Part shown: positions 23,788 to 38,610 of the stretch, piece by piece
Numbering within the stretch: position 1 is the first letter of the stretch
Layout: the number at the start of each line of letters is the position of its first letter
Made by a program: the position numbers and the translations under genes
The notes under the pieces: generated by a model
Database searches by the model: none
Seen by the model: the letters and a program-made list of their open reading frames with translations, nothing else
What the model was told of the DNA's origin: nothing
Assembly: GCF_001194135.2 (NCBI RefSeq)
Contig: NC_068984.1
Coordinates: 71,016,816 to 71,080,815 of the forward strand
Length of the DNA: 64,000 bases
DNA from: Octopus bimaculoides
Taxonomy: Eukaryota
Reading direction: 5' to 3'

Positions 23788-25856
23788 CTCTCACCTTATA
23801 CAGACCCTTAATACTTGCAGCTGAGAAGACGTCATTAAAATCGCTAGAGAGCCGGCTGACTGTGATAAAATGAATAACGGATTAAGGAACAGTTTAACGA
23901 GTAAAACGAACGAAAGAAACAAGAGAATAATATAATGTATTATGCTGTAAAAAAAAGAAAGCAGTATCAAAGTTTTAGATATCTTTTTTAGATATCTTGT
24001 CCTTCGTCAACACACATAGGGTAATAAAGGAAATAAAATTGTTGGAGAAAATATACATCATTGAAGCAGCAAAGCAAAAGCGTGTGGTACTGATGTGAGC
24101 AAGAGGATGTGGTTTCTGTGTGTTGAGAGATAAAATAATATCGGTCATGCAATGGAATTTGTATGTGAGAGTGTCATAAAAGCATGTGAGAGATTGCGAG
24201 ATTTTAAAAGTGTGAATGGATGGTTGGCAAAGGAATTGTGTGTGATCGTACGCTGTTGTAAGAGTGATTATGTGAATGTGAATATCGAAGTATTTATCAG
24301 TGTATGGAGTGGAATAATAGAAAGCAAGACGGTTACTGACGCTGGCATACATAGAGGAATTATCAACAGATGATTGCTGGCTTAGAGCGGGGCTGGGAAA
24401 TTGAGGAGTTAGTGAGACTGAGTAGATTTGTAAAAGATGGAAAAGTAGACTATAGCTAGTAATGGGAAATGGAAATGTCAAGAAAGTTTATTGACGCTTT
24501 AAAGAGAGTAGATATAAATTCTAAAGCAAAATAGAAGAAGTTGATGAAAGACGAGAAGTAAAGGGCTCGTGAGTAAGAGATTAGATGTAGATATAATATA
24601 TAACCCCAATGGTAAAAAGTTGTCGGGCGTGTTTAAGGGGAAGGTGAAGTTGAAGAGTTATTGGGCATGGGTTGGTTCTATGAGTATGAAATAGGTTGGT
24701 TGTTACAAAGAAAAAAACTTATTTCGAGAAAAATATTTCGAGAAAAATATTTCGAGATACGATAAGAACGTCAGGCAGAAAAATAATCGAATAGAAGAGG
24801 GAAGACGAGATTGGTAAATATCAAAATCTAATGTAAGAAGCTGAGAACAAGTGAAGTTTATGGTAACATATATGAGGTTATGTTTAATGCGGTCAGCTAA
24901 GGGCTAAATGGAGACAGATTACCTTGTGGCGCTGAAAATGAGGCAGAACTTATGAGGAATGAGATTTTGGTGGTGGCAGTAACTGAGAAATATATGACTA
25001 AGAACAGAATGTCTCAGTAATGATAATGCGAGATGTAAAGTTATGTGGTTGCAACAAGGAACATACAAGGGTATATAAACAGTTTAAATTTCTGACATTT
25101 GCTGAAAAATCCTGTATTGAGATCGGGCTTGAAACCATATAGTTCTGTAGTACATTCCCTAACCGCATAACGATTGATACACTAATACACGTGTACATAT
25201 TTATATATAAAATTATTCTTCAAGCTACGAGGATTATATCTTTAGACATTTTGTTAAATTTAATTCAATCAATATATTATATTGAAAGTTAATCCTTCAT
25301 TTTATGAAATTATTGATAAGTCATTTAAACGAGGAATTAGCGATGCAAAATTTAGATTTTGCATAACATTTTGTCCAGCGATTAACTGATTCGATCTGCT
25401 AAAATTAACAATCATATATCTCTCAAGTTATTTCGTGAAAAAAAAATGCTGGTGTACTAGAAATAATAGGCCTGGTTGCATTATGAAAAGAACCCCACCC
25501 CCACCAAAGTTAAAACAATATAAGATGGTCGTAGATTTGAAATGTTTACGATCATAGATTTGTTCAATCAGGCCGGATGAGTTACATAACCTAAACAACA
25601 ATTATGTTTCATTAAAGGGTAAATATATATTTGATACACCTACTGCAATTCTCTTAAGTTTCTTCATAAATTACCTTTAACAATTTCCAATTTTCGTTCA
25701 CACGAAAGACAGAAAGAGCGGCGAGGGAACGTGAAAAAGAGAGGAGTGAGGATTGGGATGAAGAGAAATGAGACAGAGGTTCGGCATTTAAATTGCTAAT
25801 CTGAAATGCATTTTGTACCGCTGTCATTATCATCACTATTTTTTATCGCCGTTATA

Positions 25857-26040
25857 TGGTTGTTGCTGTAGCTGCTGCTGTTGTTGTTGTTGTTATTGTT
25901 CTTCTTCTTCTTCTTCGTCTTCTTCTTCTTCTTCTTCTTCTTCTTCTTCTTCTTCTTCTTCTTCTTCTTCTTCTTCTTCTTCTTCTTCTTCTTCTTCGTT
26001 GTCATCGTCGTCATCATCACCAGCATCACCAGCATCATAG
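25857..26040. repeat. Compound trinucleotide microsatellite (TGT/GCT/CTT/CAT)
   Basis: Directly visible; source of the poly-K/L/S ORFs in the track. Confidence 0.95.
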
Positions 26041-26139
26041 AGTCATATCATTGACGAGAACTTCCATTGAACGTTGCAGTTGGTAGTTTCACACCATATC
26101 ACTTTGACGTGTTGTGATCCGGATTGAGAGTGAATGTGT

Positions 26140-26144
<5 letters not shown>

Positions 26145-26201
<57 letters not shown>

Positions 26202-26290
26202 GGGAGAGAGAGAGAGAGAAAGAGAAATAGAGAGGGAAAAGGAAAGGGAGAATAGAGAAATAGAGAGAAAAATAGACAGAGAGAGAAAGA
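26145..26290. repeat. (GA)n purine tract
   Basis: Directly visible. Confidence 0.92.
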
Positions 26291-26929
26291 GAAATATTTC
26301 TAAACTTATCACGAAGGGTGGGTGTTAGTAGAATCGATTGCATTAACACCAATTCGTTACTGGTACTAATATTATTAACTACGTTGAAATGAACTTTATA
26401 TACATTATGGCAGAGTTTCGGAATTTCATATGAGAAGGTAAAAGAGGCAACAATGCAAAAACAAGCCCGTGTCAAAGATACGTTACCATAACGTGTGGTG
26501 GATTCTCTGTCAATCAGGAAGATGAATTCAGTAGTTCGAGTGATTAAATCCTGTTCGTGACCTTAACATTTATGTGGGTGAGTATTACCCAGACATGCGT
26601 ACCTATGACGTGTTTCCAATGTCGAATGAGTGTCATACCATGCGACAGGGCTGAGACTATACATGTATAGCCTATGTCTGTCAGTCTGTATGTCTGTCTG
26701 ACTGTCCGTTTTTCTACCTGTCTGCCGGCCTATCTATGTAATTAATATATCTATTAATGTATCTATGTATATGTATGCATATATAATGTATGTATCGTGC
26801 CTGTAATTGGGAGATTCACAGAGATAAATTGATATATAGATAGAAAGATAGATAGATGAAGTGAAGAAGAGAAAGAAAGAGGCAGACAGAAACAGACAAA
26901 AATTGACAGAATAATTAATAGATAGTTAG

Positions 26930-26930
26930 T

Positions 26931-26966
<36 letters not shown>

Positions 26967-26976
26967 ATGAATGAGA

Positions 26977-27040
<64 letters not shown>
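26930..27040. repeat. (GATA)n plus (GA)n microsatellites
   Basis: Directly visible. Confidence 0.92.
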
Positions 27041-27984
27041 GACAGAAACAGAGACAGGGATAAAGAAATTACTGACAAGAGAGAGGAATCGTTTCCTTGT
27101 ACGGGTATTAAATTTTATCAGCCATTTAGAAAATGAACTGTAAAGTTAACCGTAGCGGAATTTGAATTCAAAATATAAAGAAGCGGAACTAAATAACCGC
27201 ATTTAATTAGTCCACTAATCTACGATTTGTATCTCTACACTGTCCTGAGAGTGTAAAGTATTGATCTAGATATTCCTGAAAGATTTCTTATGATGTCAAC
27301 GTGCTATGCTAATGGATTTGATTATATTTAGGATTTGTACTTTTCCTCCTACTTTTAGTAAATGCGTAATAACTGGCAAATCAATAAATTTCTAATGTAA
27401 CGGGAAGCTGTCAGTTGATAAACTATTATATGGCGTTTAATTAAAAATGTTATAGTTGTGTTAGAACAGAAATGGAGATACACAGATAGAGACAGAGAAA
27501 GAGGGGAATATCCAGTCAGTATGGCGAAATTTTTCTTTAGGTTAATTCATCCATACTGCAGCTCTATTATTAGGTTGCATTTAATCCAAGATTCTCCAGA
27601 CCTTCATTGACTTTTGGCACATTAATCTATCATCGCAGAAACAGAATATGCCAAGATCAGAATACGTTTAAGTTAGATGATATCACCATTGTATATTTGC
27701 AGACTTTGATATTACATGCGCGTACGTGCATGTATTTTAATTCGGTTATCAACCTATGTCAAATGGTCAATTTATCTTTACTTTCAAATTACAAAGACGA
27801 ATACTTTGAAATCACTTAGATAATTTATAAGTACATTTATTTTAATACAGTTATTATTACTACTGAATGAAGACTGTTTTAATATGGACAGTAATTTGAC
27901 GATCAAAGCATTCTGAAGCGAAAGAAAACTGATAAATCATGTGAATTCTCATATGGAGACAAGGCCACAAATATATGGAGAAGA

Positions 27985-28063
<79 letters not shown>

Positions 28064-30298
28064 GGAGAGAGAGGGAGAGAGAAAGAGAGAGATAGATAGA
28101 TAGATATATATATANNNNNNNNNNNNNNNNNNNNNNNNNNNNNNNNNNNNNNNNNNNNNNNNNNNNNNNNNNNNNNNNNNNNNNNNNNNNNNNNNNNNNN
28201 NNNNNNNNNNNNNNNNNNNNNNNNNNNNNNNNNNNNNNNNNNNNNNNNNNNNNNNNNNNNNNNNNNNNNNNNNNNNNNNNNNNNNNNNNNNNNNNNNNNN
28301 NNNNNNNNNNNNNNNNNNNNNNNNNNNNNNNNNNNNNNNNNNNNNNNNNNNNNNNNNNNNNNNNNNNNNNNNNNNNNNNNNNNNNNNNNNNNNNNNNNNN
28401 NNNNNNNNNNNNNNNNNNNNNNNNNNNNNNNNNNNNNNNNNNNNNNNNNNNNNNNNNNNNNNNNNNNNNNNNNNTGGTAGAATTTCAGCTTAGAATGTCA
28501 AGTGGTATGGCAAAATGAAACTCAGAGTTTTCTATAGAAATTTGATATATTCTACATCTAATCACGCGATGAAAACATATTAAAAAATATGAAATAAAGA
28601 AACTGAAGTTAGAAACATTGGTTAATAATTCGATTGTTTCATTACTTAACTGTTGGTGTTCACAATGGGCTTGAGGTATTGCACCATTGAACTTTACTAA
28701 AAGCATGTCAGTCTGGGGAAATCCTTACTAATATATCTCTAAAGGAAATATTGAAATCGACACTGCAAAGTCAAATAAAATTTTAGGGAAATTTAAATCA
28801 ATACTACTCCTGATGCATGCATCTGCAGTTGGGTGTCTTAAAACTTGTGCTACTTAATTTTCTGTTAGTAGGCTGGACTAATAAGATATTTGGTGCTTCT
28901 AGCATAAGCTACTGGCAAAGTGCTAACCATGCAGCTAGCTGACAAGCTCAATATTGACTCATTCAGCTGAAAATATCTTCGCTAAAAGTATAAGGCTTTG
29001 GTGAATCAGATTATGGAATATATTTCTTTAATAAATCATTTCATTTGATCTTGCAGTCAATAGCATGCTTTATGCAATCTTATTTGATTACTGTCTGAGA
29101 ACCTATCAGCGTGATCTTGAAATCAAAATGAAATATTCTTGCATTTCATATGCAATTTCGTCAGGAATTAAAATTGTCCCACAGACGGACCAATATGAAT
29201 GTATTTATGTAGTTATGATAACTGCCAAAAATAACAACGAAATGTCTTGACATCACAATGTATCGTTTTAAAATAGATAAGCGTATTGGATAATGGAAAA
29301 GTAGATACAATATTAATACCATATTGCTACGATATTAAAACAACATTTTAATGGATACGCATTTCACATAACTAGAATGCGTTTGATTACCGTTGTTACT
29401 GAACAAGGTTGGCTTGGAGCTGCAAGTCAGAAATAACATCTTGATTTCTTTTCGTCACTAGTAATTTGAACTACATTGTTTACCCATTTAATAATAGCTG
29501 AACTACATACAATCACGTCAAGACAGGAAAAAGCGTGTAATTCATAAATGAGGGCTGTATATCTATGCTTTCTGTTTCAATAGTAGAATCAGGCATAATC
29601 CTGCATAGCTTAGTAAATAAATTGACACATGTATTCATAAGTATATACATACAAGCATGCATACTTACAGATAGACAAAGGCACACTCGAAGAGCGATAG
29701 ATAGATGCATTCATGTATACACACACAAGCAGACAAATATTTTCGTACAGGACTAGTGTCGTCACATTCCTAGAGAATTAAACAGGAACAGAGAGAGCGA
29801 AAAGGTAGTGACAGACATAGACAGACAGAGACTAAAGGGAGTGTGAAAGATGTGTGTGTGTGTGTATGTGTGTGTGTGTGTGAATGTGTCTGTGTGTGTG
29901 TAAATAATTTACAGAATGCTGAACCGTATGATTATGAAAGTGTTCAAGATTCAATGACAGTAATAGCCACACAATAAAACTAAACAACAAATGTTAGTAC
30001 GCTTCTACCTCATGTATAAATTTCACTTTCAGAATTTCGAATATATGCCACGAAGCAAAGTAATAAAATTATGATATTCACAATACAAGAGTGTAAAACT
30101 TTAAAAAATACTTCATAATCGCACATGGAATTTATGTTAGATATTATAAAGAGACTGCAATGTTACCCAAGATGCTTGAAATAACTCTTCGATAAATAAA
30201 GATAGACACGAGCTTTATTTTCTTTATTTTACTTTCGAATTTGTGTAAATGCGTATAGAATAATATATCAGCTGAATAATGTTACAACATGGTCTGGC

Positions 30299-30832
30299 TT
30301 CCACGTTTTTTTTATTATTGTATAGAATTTTTTTTTTACAATGTTGAAGTGTGTTAAACATTAAAAAAAATATTTAGTTAAGTTCATAAAGTTCAAATAG
30401 CGCTTTCATACGTTCATAGTAATCATCTCACTCCCATCGATTGTAATAAAAACGATCGAAACCAACTAAGTCTGCTCACTAATAAAACCATTACATATAA
30501 ATCGCAAGCTAATTGGTTAAAATAAAGGCGAGGTTTATGCCAGCAATATCGGTGCGCCAGACAAGCCGTGACCATTAAGCTGCATGCTGATTTGTCAAAA
30601 CCGTATTCGAAAAATTCGGCTTCAAAAAGGTATAAAAATGTAGAAGACAGTCATTTTACTACGGTTGTCAAGAACTCAACTGTCAGTCAATACATTTTGA
30701 AATCTGATGATTACTACAAACATATGAAAGCGTTATTTGAACTTTTTGAACATTATTAAATAATTTTTTAATGCTTAAAACACTTCAACTTTGCAAAAAG
30801 AATTTTTAAAACACAATAATAAAAAACGGGAA
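30299..30832. mobile_element. MITE-like fold-back element with ~125-bp imperfect terminal inverted repeats
   Basis: Left arm cgttttttttattattg...gttgaagtgtgttaaacattaaaaaa...gttcaaatagcgctttcatacgttcatagtaatcatc (30304-30427) is the reverse complement of gatgattactacaaacatatgaaagcgttatttgaac...aaaacacttcaac...caataataaaaaacg (30706-30828). No transposase. Confidence 0.8.
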
Positions 30833-31499
30833 AAACAAACCATGTTGTAACTTTATTCAACTGGTATACACACACACACATTGATAGGTAGATAGATAGA
30901 TAGATATATCATTCACATTTAATCCTTAATATGGTAAAAAAAAATCAAACAAGGCACGTCATTATTCCAGGTAGATACAAGAAAAGATATTTAACGTGTA
31001 CACATCATCTCCAAATTTACCAACTATTCCAACAGATTACACTTGTCTGTTACGATCGTTGAACACCTTTAAAGATGATCCTTAAAATCACACAATAGAG
31101 CCTCATACCAAAGCGATGCTGGTAACACGATGCACAATATGACATGGCATCATAAATAAACTTGTATATTCTGAGCGACGAACATGACTAATCTAATTGT
31201 AATAACACTTTCTACACATTTTATCTGCTCTCCACACCGACGCTGTCTTAAGGCATTGGAACCCAATTCTGATCTATGTATGTTGTGCCTTGCTATAAAA
31301 AGAAAGCTAGAGAATCCAATGCAGTGATTTGTTCGAGGCAGCAAGGGTCTAAGGGGCTGAATTCTGATGTATGCATGCTGTGGTGGGCTGTCTGTGGATT
31401 GCTGTCGATAAATAAATACTATGAAGCCTAGTGTTTTGATTTTTCCGGGGTCCTATAATACTGCTAAGATATCTCTGTTCCATAACAAGCTACCTTCAC

Positions 31500-32343
31500 A
31501 CTCCTCTTAGGTTACCTATCATCATCATGTATCAATTAATACCAGAAAAATAAATGATATCAAAATTTTCAATAAAATACTGAAACAGGCCACAGTCACC
31601 AACAAGCAAAATTAAGATTTGTAGAACACAACAATATCACAGCTTGATCTGCAGTAGCACAGTGCACATACTTATAATCATACTCATTCCAAAAACGATC
31701 TACAAATCTATAAAACTACGGGAAAAAGTAGTGAATTAACTAAGCTGAGAAAAAAAGACACAAAAGATAACCTCAAATATATATGCTGGTATCGCACATA
31801 GCAGAGACAAAACATCAAGAATCTAAAAGAGGAAAAAAATCAAAGAATAAAGTAGAAAAAATGGTTAACGTTTCTGTTCATAAAACAAAAAAAATAGTTT
31901 TAAAAAAGGACTATACAGAGAAATAAGAAGCATTAACGACTTTACGAATAGCCACTTCACATCATCCGGTACAATATCGACTTCAATTCACCTAATCAAA
32001 AATGCGACAGAATGCAGACACCCTAATCAAAGTAGTTTATCAAAATCCGTGACCACGAAAACAGAAAAACGACGGGAATGTATTACGCAAAACGTCACTC
32101 TTCAACTTGAACCGTTAACTTAAAAAAAAAAACAGTAGAAACAAATCTCCAAACTAAAAATGCGTTAGGGTCGCAAAATACTACAAACATGCAGCTGAAA
32201 AGGAAGTAAAGACATTTTTGCAGTCATCAATATTTTGTAATTTTTCTTCTCAATGCTCAAACTTTCCACATTCGGTAAAAAAAAAAAAATCAAAAACCAT
32301 AAGCAGAATACTCACAACTACAATATGTTTGATCACAGATTCT

Positions 32344-32393
<50 letters not shown>

Positions 32394-33300
32394 CCCCCTC
32401 TCTCTATCTCTCTCTCTCTCAGTGATGTTCTAGACTAACACTCACACCAAATACCTCTGAAAGTAGTTACTACAATTCTGAAAACTCGACTGCATAATCA
32501 GAATTCTAAAACTGAACAATCTCGAGTAAAGTATCAAAATATATATATGACACGCCTGTGCTGGCGCACAGAGCGTTAATAAACAAGCTGTCCTTGATAT
32601 CGCTGAAGCCAATATACATACTTTCGATTCGAGGCATAGATTCAGACCGCTATTCGTCGCTCAAAAATAAGTTCTTTAACAGCTAGTAGTATCAGAAAAA
32701 GTTTCAATTTCAGCACCTAGTCACAAAACTATACACTAATTAATCAACATCTTTCCTGAGAATAATATTAAGCCCGCTAAGCTAACTATACCCTGAATTA
32801 TCAATTCTAAATAATATAAAGCAATTATACATGATCTAAAAGTTTTTAATAGATTACCACTATGATCAGTCCTCTTATCTATTCTTTTTAGCCTCTAGCT
32901 ACACAATCTCTCCAAACCTCGAAAAATGCACACAACCTTAATCATAGATGATATTGGAGTTACATTTTCCCCATCATTTTTCAGACACACACAGTTGTAC
33001 GACACATCCAGCACTGCATCGTCTATCGATAAACCCGGCCATATAGCAACAACCATATATTAACACTTGCTAAATATATATTCTTTCTTACTAACAACAT
33101 CAGGAACCTTCAAATACAGCCAAAAATCACGCCCAATAACATAAATATACAGCATACATACACTAAGATGCTTGGAGTTACTCGCAGTATTCCGCCAGTA
33201 TTCAAGACACGTAGAAGATTTGGTAAAGAAAGCAAAGCAATTCCCAAGCGTAATTATATCAATGACAGGTATTATATTTAACCAAAACAAAAAGCAACAA
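31500..33300 (+). mobile_element. Highly decayed I/Jockey-group LINE ORF2 remnant
   Basis: 32845-32965 reads RLPL*SVLLSILFSL*LHNLSKP..HTTLIIDDIGV (GLPQGSVLSP.LF..Y..DLP..YADDI pattern); also YDTPV..HRALINKL and MLGVT. Interrupted by (CT)n at 32345-32420. Confidence 0.55.
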
Positions 33301-36014
33301 CAATATTAGTGTACCGACAATATATGCAATCCATTAAAGATTATCCAATCATATTATATTATAATTATAGAGCATATAAACTAAAATATCAGATCCAAAT
33401 CTCAATGAAACAAAAATGCAAAATATCAAAATTCACCTAAGCGTAGGACACAATTATTGCATTAATTTAGAGCACTCATAATTTGTACCTGTTTATAATA
33501 TCATACTTTAATTTTCTTTTATATTGCAGCGCTTATGGCCTTTCAGAGCTTCCAAGATTAGTGCAATCAAAAGAAAGTAGTTATTCTCAAACCAGAATTT
33601 TGTTCCGAAAGCTTGCAACCAAGTAACGTTCCAAGTCGAAGGACAGATGGCGGTGTTAAAAAGGAGATGGATTTAGTCTACCAACTAAGAACCAAAAATG
33701 TCCTTCAGATGAAATTGAACACATTTACTCTACAGAATTTCATTCAAAAAGTTTCGATCAAGTCACGGTAGCAACAGACTACATTCGACAAGTTGCCGTA
33801 CCTTGGGATAAAACTGCAATCTCGTAGTAGTGAAGTAGATTTCTTAACAACATAGTCATGATTTCGTCCATAATTATTATATGCACAATCATATTCAAAC
33901 AAATACATGCAACTAAAAAGCTCCAGAATCCTCATGTCATTAAAACATTTTTCTCAGTCGAGACAAATCGTTATAATAAGTTCTGTTAAATCTTTCTGTC
34001 GGTAACAAAATTTCCGGTGGTATTCGCAACTTAACTTCTAACTCGTTATCTTCTCTATATTTGTCTTAAGATATGTACTCAGCTGCACGTACATATATAT
34101 TTCTCAACATGACCTTTAACGACATTACCCTGCCCCTTTCGGAAACACAATGTTTCTTCTTTTAAAATAAGTTTATTACTAAATGGAAAGGAAATGTTAA
34201 ATTTTCGTTCTTTTAATTTCTCTTAAGAAAAAATGCAAATAAACACTTGCTAAAATATTACTTTATTTACGATAAAAAATGCCAAGTCTCTCTCTTTCCC
34301 TCTCCTCTTTTCTCCCCCCCCTCTCTCTCTCTATCTATGTGTCTGTCTGTCTATCTACCACTATATTTAGCTCTATCTCTCACCTTGCTATCGTGTTCAC
34401 ACACGGTCAGTTATATGCTACTCTGAATAGAGCAGGGGTTCAATCAAGCTTAAAGATTTTTGTTGGTCATATCCAGTAAACTATACGAAAAGGATTTTAC
34501 AGGCATTCTAATTATGAAAATGTTAAATTGCTTAAGAATACTGTATACACAGACATTGTTTGATTGCCTCAATAATCTCTCTGTTTTTTTGTATATAGTG
34601 ATGCATACAGAAATAAAAGCAGTTAAAAACCAATATTTATTGTGATCTATTAAATGCTTTCCTTTATTTGAATATTGTTTTACCTTCTTTCACTTAATCC
34701 TTTCTTGTATACACACACACACACAAATTAACAGTCACACACACATGCGTGCATTCCAATGAAATAAAGCATTATTAATTCTGGACATAAAACGACGTGA
34801 CTTTAAGCTTGCAATAAACAATATTCCCTGTAAATCAAAAGTGCAGTTAACAACCACATACTCTCCTATAAAGGCTCGAGAGATTAAATAGAAACTTGGA
34901 ATGAATGCTTTAGATTGTAAACAAAAACATTTCATTTAGATTTATTGAGGCCATTTTGCATAATCAAATTTTCAACATAATTCCTTAATGATTTTAGTTA
35001 GTTGGGCTCCACAAAAAGACAAACATTCTTTTAAACATGAATTCCACTGATTGCTGGCAGACGTCGCTATAAATTACACTGAGGGTAACAATTTTATTCC
35101 ACTCCCTTATTGATATACAGTAAATTATTTTCTGCTGTTTGAACATATAATATCCTTTTTATTAAAAAGTTTTGTTGTTAATGTATTAATTTTGAAGATA
35201 TGTACATAACTGATTAATACAGATTTGTTCTGTTTGAAACATTCTACAATAAATATACCCCAAGTGAAAGCTGAAATACGATATTGCTCAATATTCATAT
35301 ATTTCTACAGCGTCACCTCACTAAGGCCTGAACTAACTTTATTACCACGAGATAAAGTATATATGTAAAAAAAACAGCTTTTTCTCCCTTGCTCAGTTGA
35401 CCTAAAATACAATTCATCATAATTTCATAAAGCTTATTATAAATGAGTGTGGTTTTACTCTATTGTAGTGGTGTCTGTTTAAGGTTAAACAACGAAGATT
35501 GACAGAAAGGTTACGTTTTATATATTTATATTTGTCAGCACAGTGCAACATGCTAATCTAATTGTCAATATTAGAGAACCCTGATATACCATTCAGTTCA
35601 ATTATTGGGAATTTGAGATAGAACAGACATACAAGGGGAAAAGGAAATTAAGTAGGCGAAATGAAAATTATATAACAAATGTTCTATAATAACAGAGAGT
35701 TAAATGACATGACTTCCATAATATATTAAAAAATGATAGGATGTTCAGTGAAACCTCTGACATTAAATAGTCGATATATGACAAATAACTCCAAGAAGTA
35801 AGTATATATACATATATNNNNNNNNNNNNNNNNNNNNNNNNNNNNNNNNNNNNNNNNNNNNNNNNNNNNNNNNNNNNNNNNNNNNNNNNNNNNNNNNNNN
35901 NNNNNNNNNNNNNNNNNNNNNNNNNATATATATATATATATATATGTGCATGTATTTATGTATGTGTGCGCGTGTATATGTGTCTCTGTGTGTGAATATT
36001 TACAATGTAAACGA

Positions 36015-36260
36015 CTGTTGTTTGGTGGTTACGATGTTGGTCTAACGGTTATGAGGTCATAGTTTCGAATCGTGGCCAAGGCGGTGCTATATATCTTTAA
36101 ACAAGTTTTATTTGACGTCGCTTTTGTGTCCTGATCTGCAAATAAATACCTGCGTACTGCTGGTACAGCTATCTGTTTCTGTAATGCCAGATCCACTGCG
36201 TTCAGCTGTGTCAAGAAATGGAGGCTTGACAGAGTGCATATGACTACACATGACTACATA
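36015..36260 (+). mobile_element. Degenerate SINE (family 3 / CORE-like)
   Basis: ggtggttacgatgttggtctaacggttatgaggtcatagtttcgaatcgtggcc tRNA-like head with B box. Confidence 0.45.
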
Positions 36261-38199
36261 GTCACCTAAATCATTTAAGACAAAAAAAGACAGTGCATCT
36301 GTGAGGTCATATTCACTTGCGAATGACGGTAAAGAAATGGCCTTATTATATACATAGAAGTCGTTATTTCTGGGCCAAAAATTCTCGCTGAGTAAAGATC
36401 GTTATGGCCGAATAACCAGACATCGGTGTGAAAAATAACACCGAAATGATAAAAGGCACACACGCATATGTATACTCATAATCTCCATCTGTGTATAGAC
36501 ACAAAACGCACTATCATATGCACACTTACATACATACATCTCAGTATATCAAAACCGATCATGCACGGGTACGTTTACCGAAACTTTCAGGAAGATAGTA
36601 ATATCGGCAAGAAGCGAAACCTCTCTTGAACTCATGACCGCTACATCACATCACAGTTCAAAAGCTATGGAGATTAATATAAAATACTTATAAACAGGCG
36701 ATTACTATAAAATACCTAATTAACAAAAGAGGCAGTGAAATCCTTGGAGTTTCAAGATGCAACCGAATACGTAGATTATATTATATTTTTGTGGAAGATA
36801 TCACACAAGTGATGAGCAGCTCCCCAAATATGTCAAGTTGCGACCTCACTATGTGACACGATGTTGTCTAAAATCATTATACAATGTCATTCTGAAGAAA
36901 ACAATTGCCCTGGAATGAATAAATATAGAATAGATGGAATATCGTGAAATAGATACATAAACATCAACACAAAGGAATGCTAGCGAAACATTTAGCCGTG
37001 AAACATTTCACTATGAAGACATCTGTCACGTGTAAACATAACGGGATGGATAATGTCGCTGAGAAAAAAAAAAACAGAAAAAAACATGTACCGTCGTAGA
37101 TGTCTGTTGGCCTTCTCAATGGAATAACACTTAGGAAACCAAAGCAAAGGACGATAACTGTGGACAACTGCTTCGAAACCCATAGCTTCTGTATCCTGAT
37201 TATAAATCAATATATATATATATATATATANNNNNNNNNNNNNNNNNNNNNNNNNNNNNNNNNNNNNNNNNNNNNAGAGAGAGAGAGAGAGAGAGAGAGA
37301 AAAGTGTACGTGGCATACGATTGGGTATATATTTATAAAAAAGAAGTTTGAAAACGTCACTATATAAAATAAATTTTAATTTATAATTTTCTCAGAGATA
37401 TTTAACATGTTTCGGTTCTTGAAAAAGCGAACCTTATCAAAAATACATATTTAAAAAAAAAATGTAATTAAAAGAAAAGCGTATGGGTCCCATACAAAAA
37501 ACGCTCGCACGTGGATTATGTTGACACCAGTAAGAAACTGGAAATTGTATTCTTTTCCTCGAAGTTTCGTTCTTTCGTATGTATTAAATAAAACAACGAA
37601 ACATTTTTCACAACTACAATCGCAGTCAGCCAATAAGTACATTGAATTAATATGTCCGACAGCTGACCTTATTCTCAGGTTTATAATTTATCGTGGAACA
37701 GAACTACGCATATTGAATATTATTATATTATATCATATATGCTTATTATAAACAAGAAGGAAACTAACATTTGGCAAATAAATATGAAATGCCTAAACAT
37801 ATTTTCATAATTGTGAATTCCAATCATATGATTACAAAAACCATAATATATATTGAGAAATTTTATACCTTTCAGATATTTCATCTATGAATATATATAC
37901 ATGGAAATTTATACACACACTGGTATATTCATAAAAAAAATATTACATATACGTTTGTGAATGTGTACTTGTGTGTGAGTGTGTCTGTGCATGCACTTGT
38001 GTGCTTGTTTATGCATGAATGTATATAAGTACATCTCCTAAACATAGATAATGGCATTCACATTTCGCCAAAATTGGCTTTTACAAGCGGTTTCGGCAAA
38101 AGATCGAATTCTCTGTAGACATTTGAAAAGTAAATATTTGACTCTACCCAATGTACTGAGTTCTTTGTTTAGGTAATAAATACATATCTTTAAAGAAAT

Positions 38200-38610
38200 A
38201 CGTGTTTAGACAATATTTACAACAGCCGCCAAACTCATCCGCAACACCTCTTACCAACATCCTTCTTCCCAACACCCTTTCCCTGCCCCCACTCATGATC
38301 ACATTCTGCTGCAAGTATTTCCACTTTCACTCATGTATCTACCTGCACACAATCACTCTCAATGCTGCGCTCTCACATATCTACCACAGCTCAATCACTT
38401 AAATAATCCTATGTATTTCACGATCACCTGGTAATCATCACTTGGACATTTCTGACCATCTCCCCTCACAGTCTTATGAAGCATACCCCTCTCTTTTCTC
38501 TACCCCTTCACTGTGTCCAGTCCTCTGTATCACTTATGTTCACCCCCACTATACCCCGATGGTATGTCCAGACATCACCACCATCTATATTTACTACGTT
38601 CAAAAGAATT
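38200..38610 (-). mobile_element. Probable RTE LINE 3' remnant
   Basis: Strongly purine-skewed minus strand with weak resemblance to the RTE C-terminal region; no clean motif. Confidence 0.3.

Noticed and set aside
23975-24481. 168-aa minus ORF
   Set aside because: Strand-skewed composition typical of a decayed LINE (possibly the endonuclease region); no interpretable motif, so not called a gene.
28475-29000. Possible hAT transposase remnant (LKTCAT)
   Set aside because: A single weak motif; insufficient evidence.
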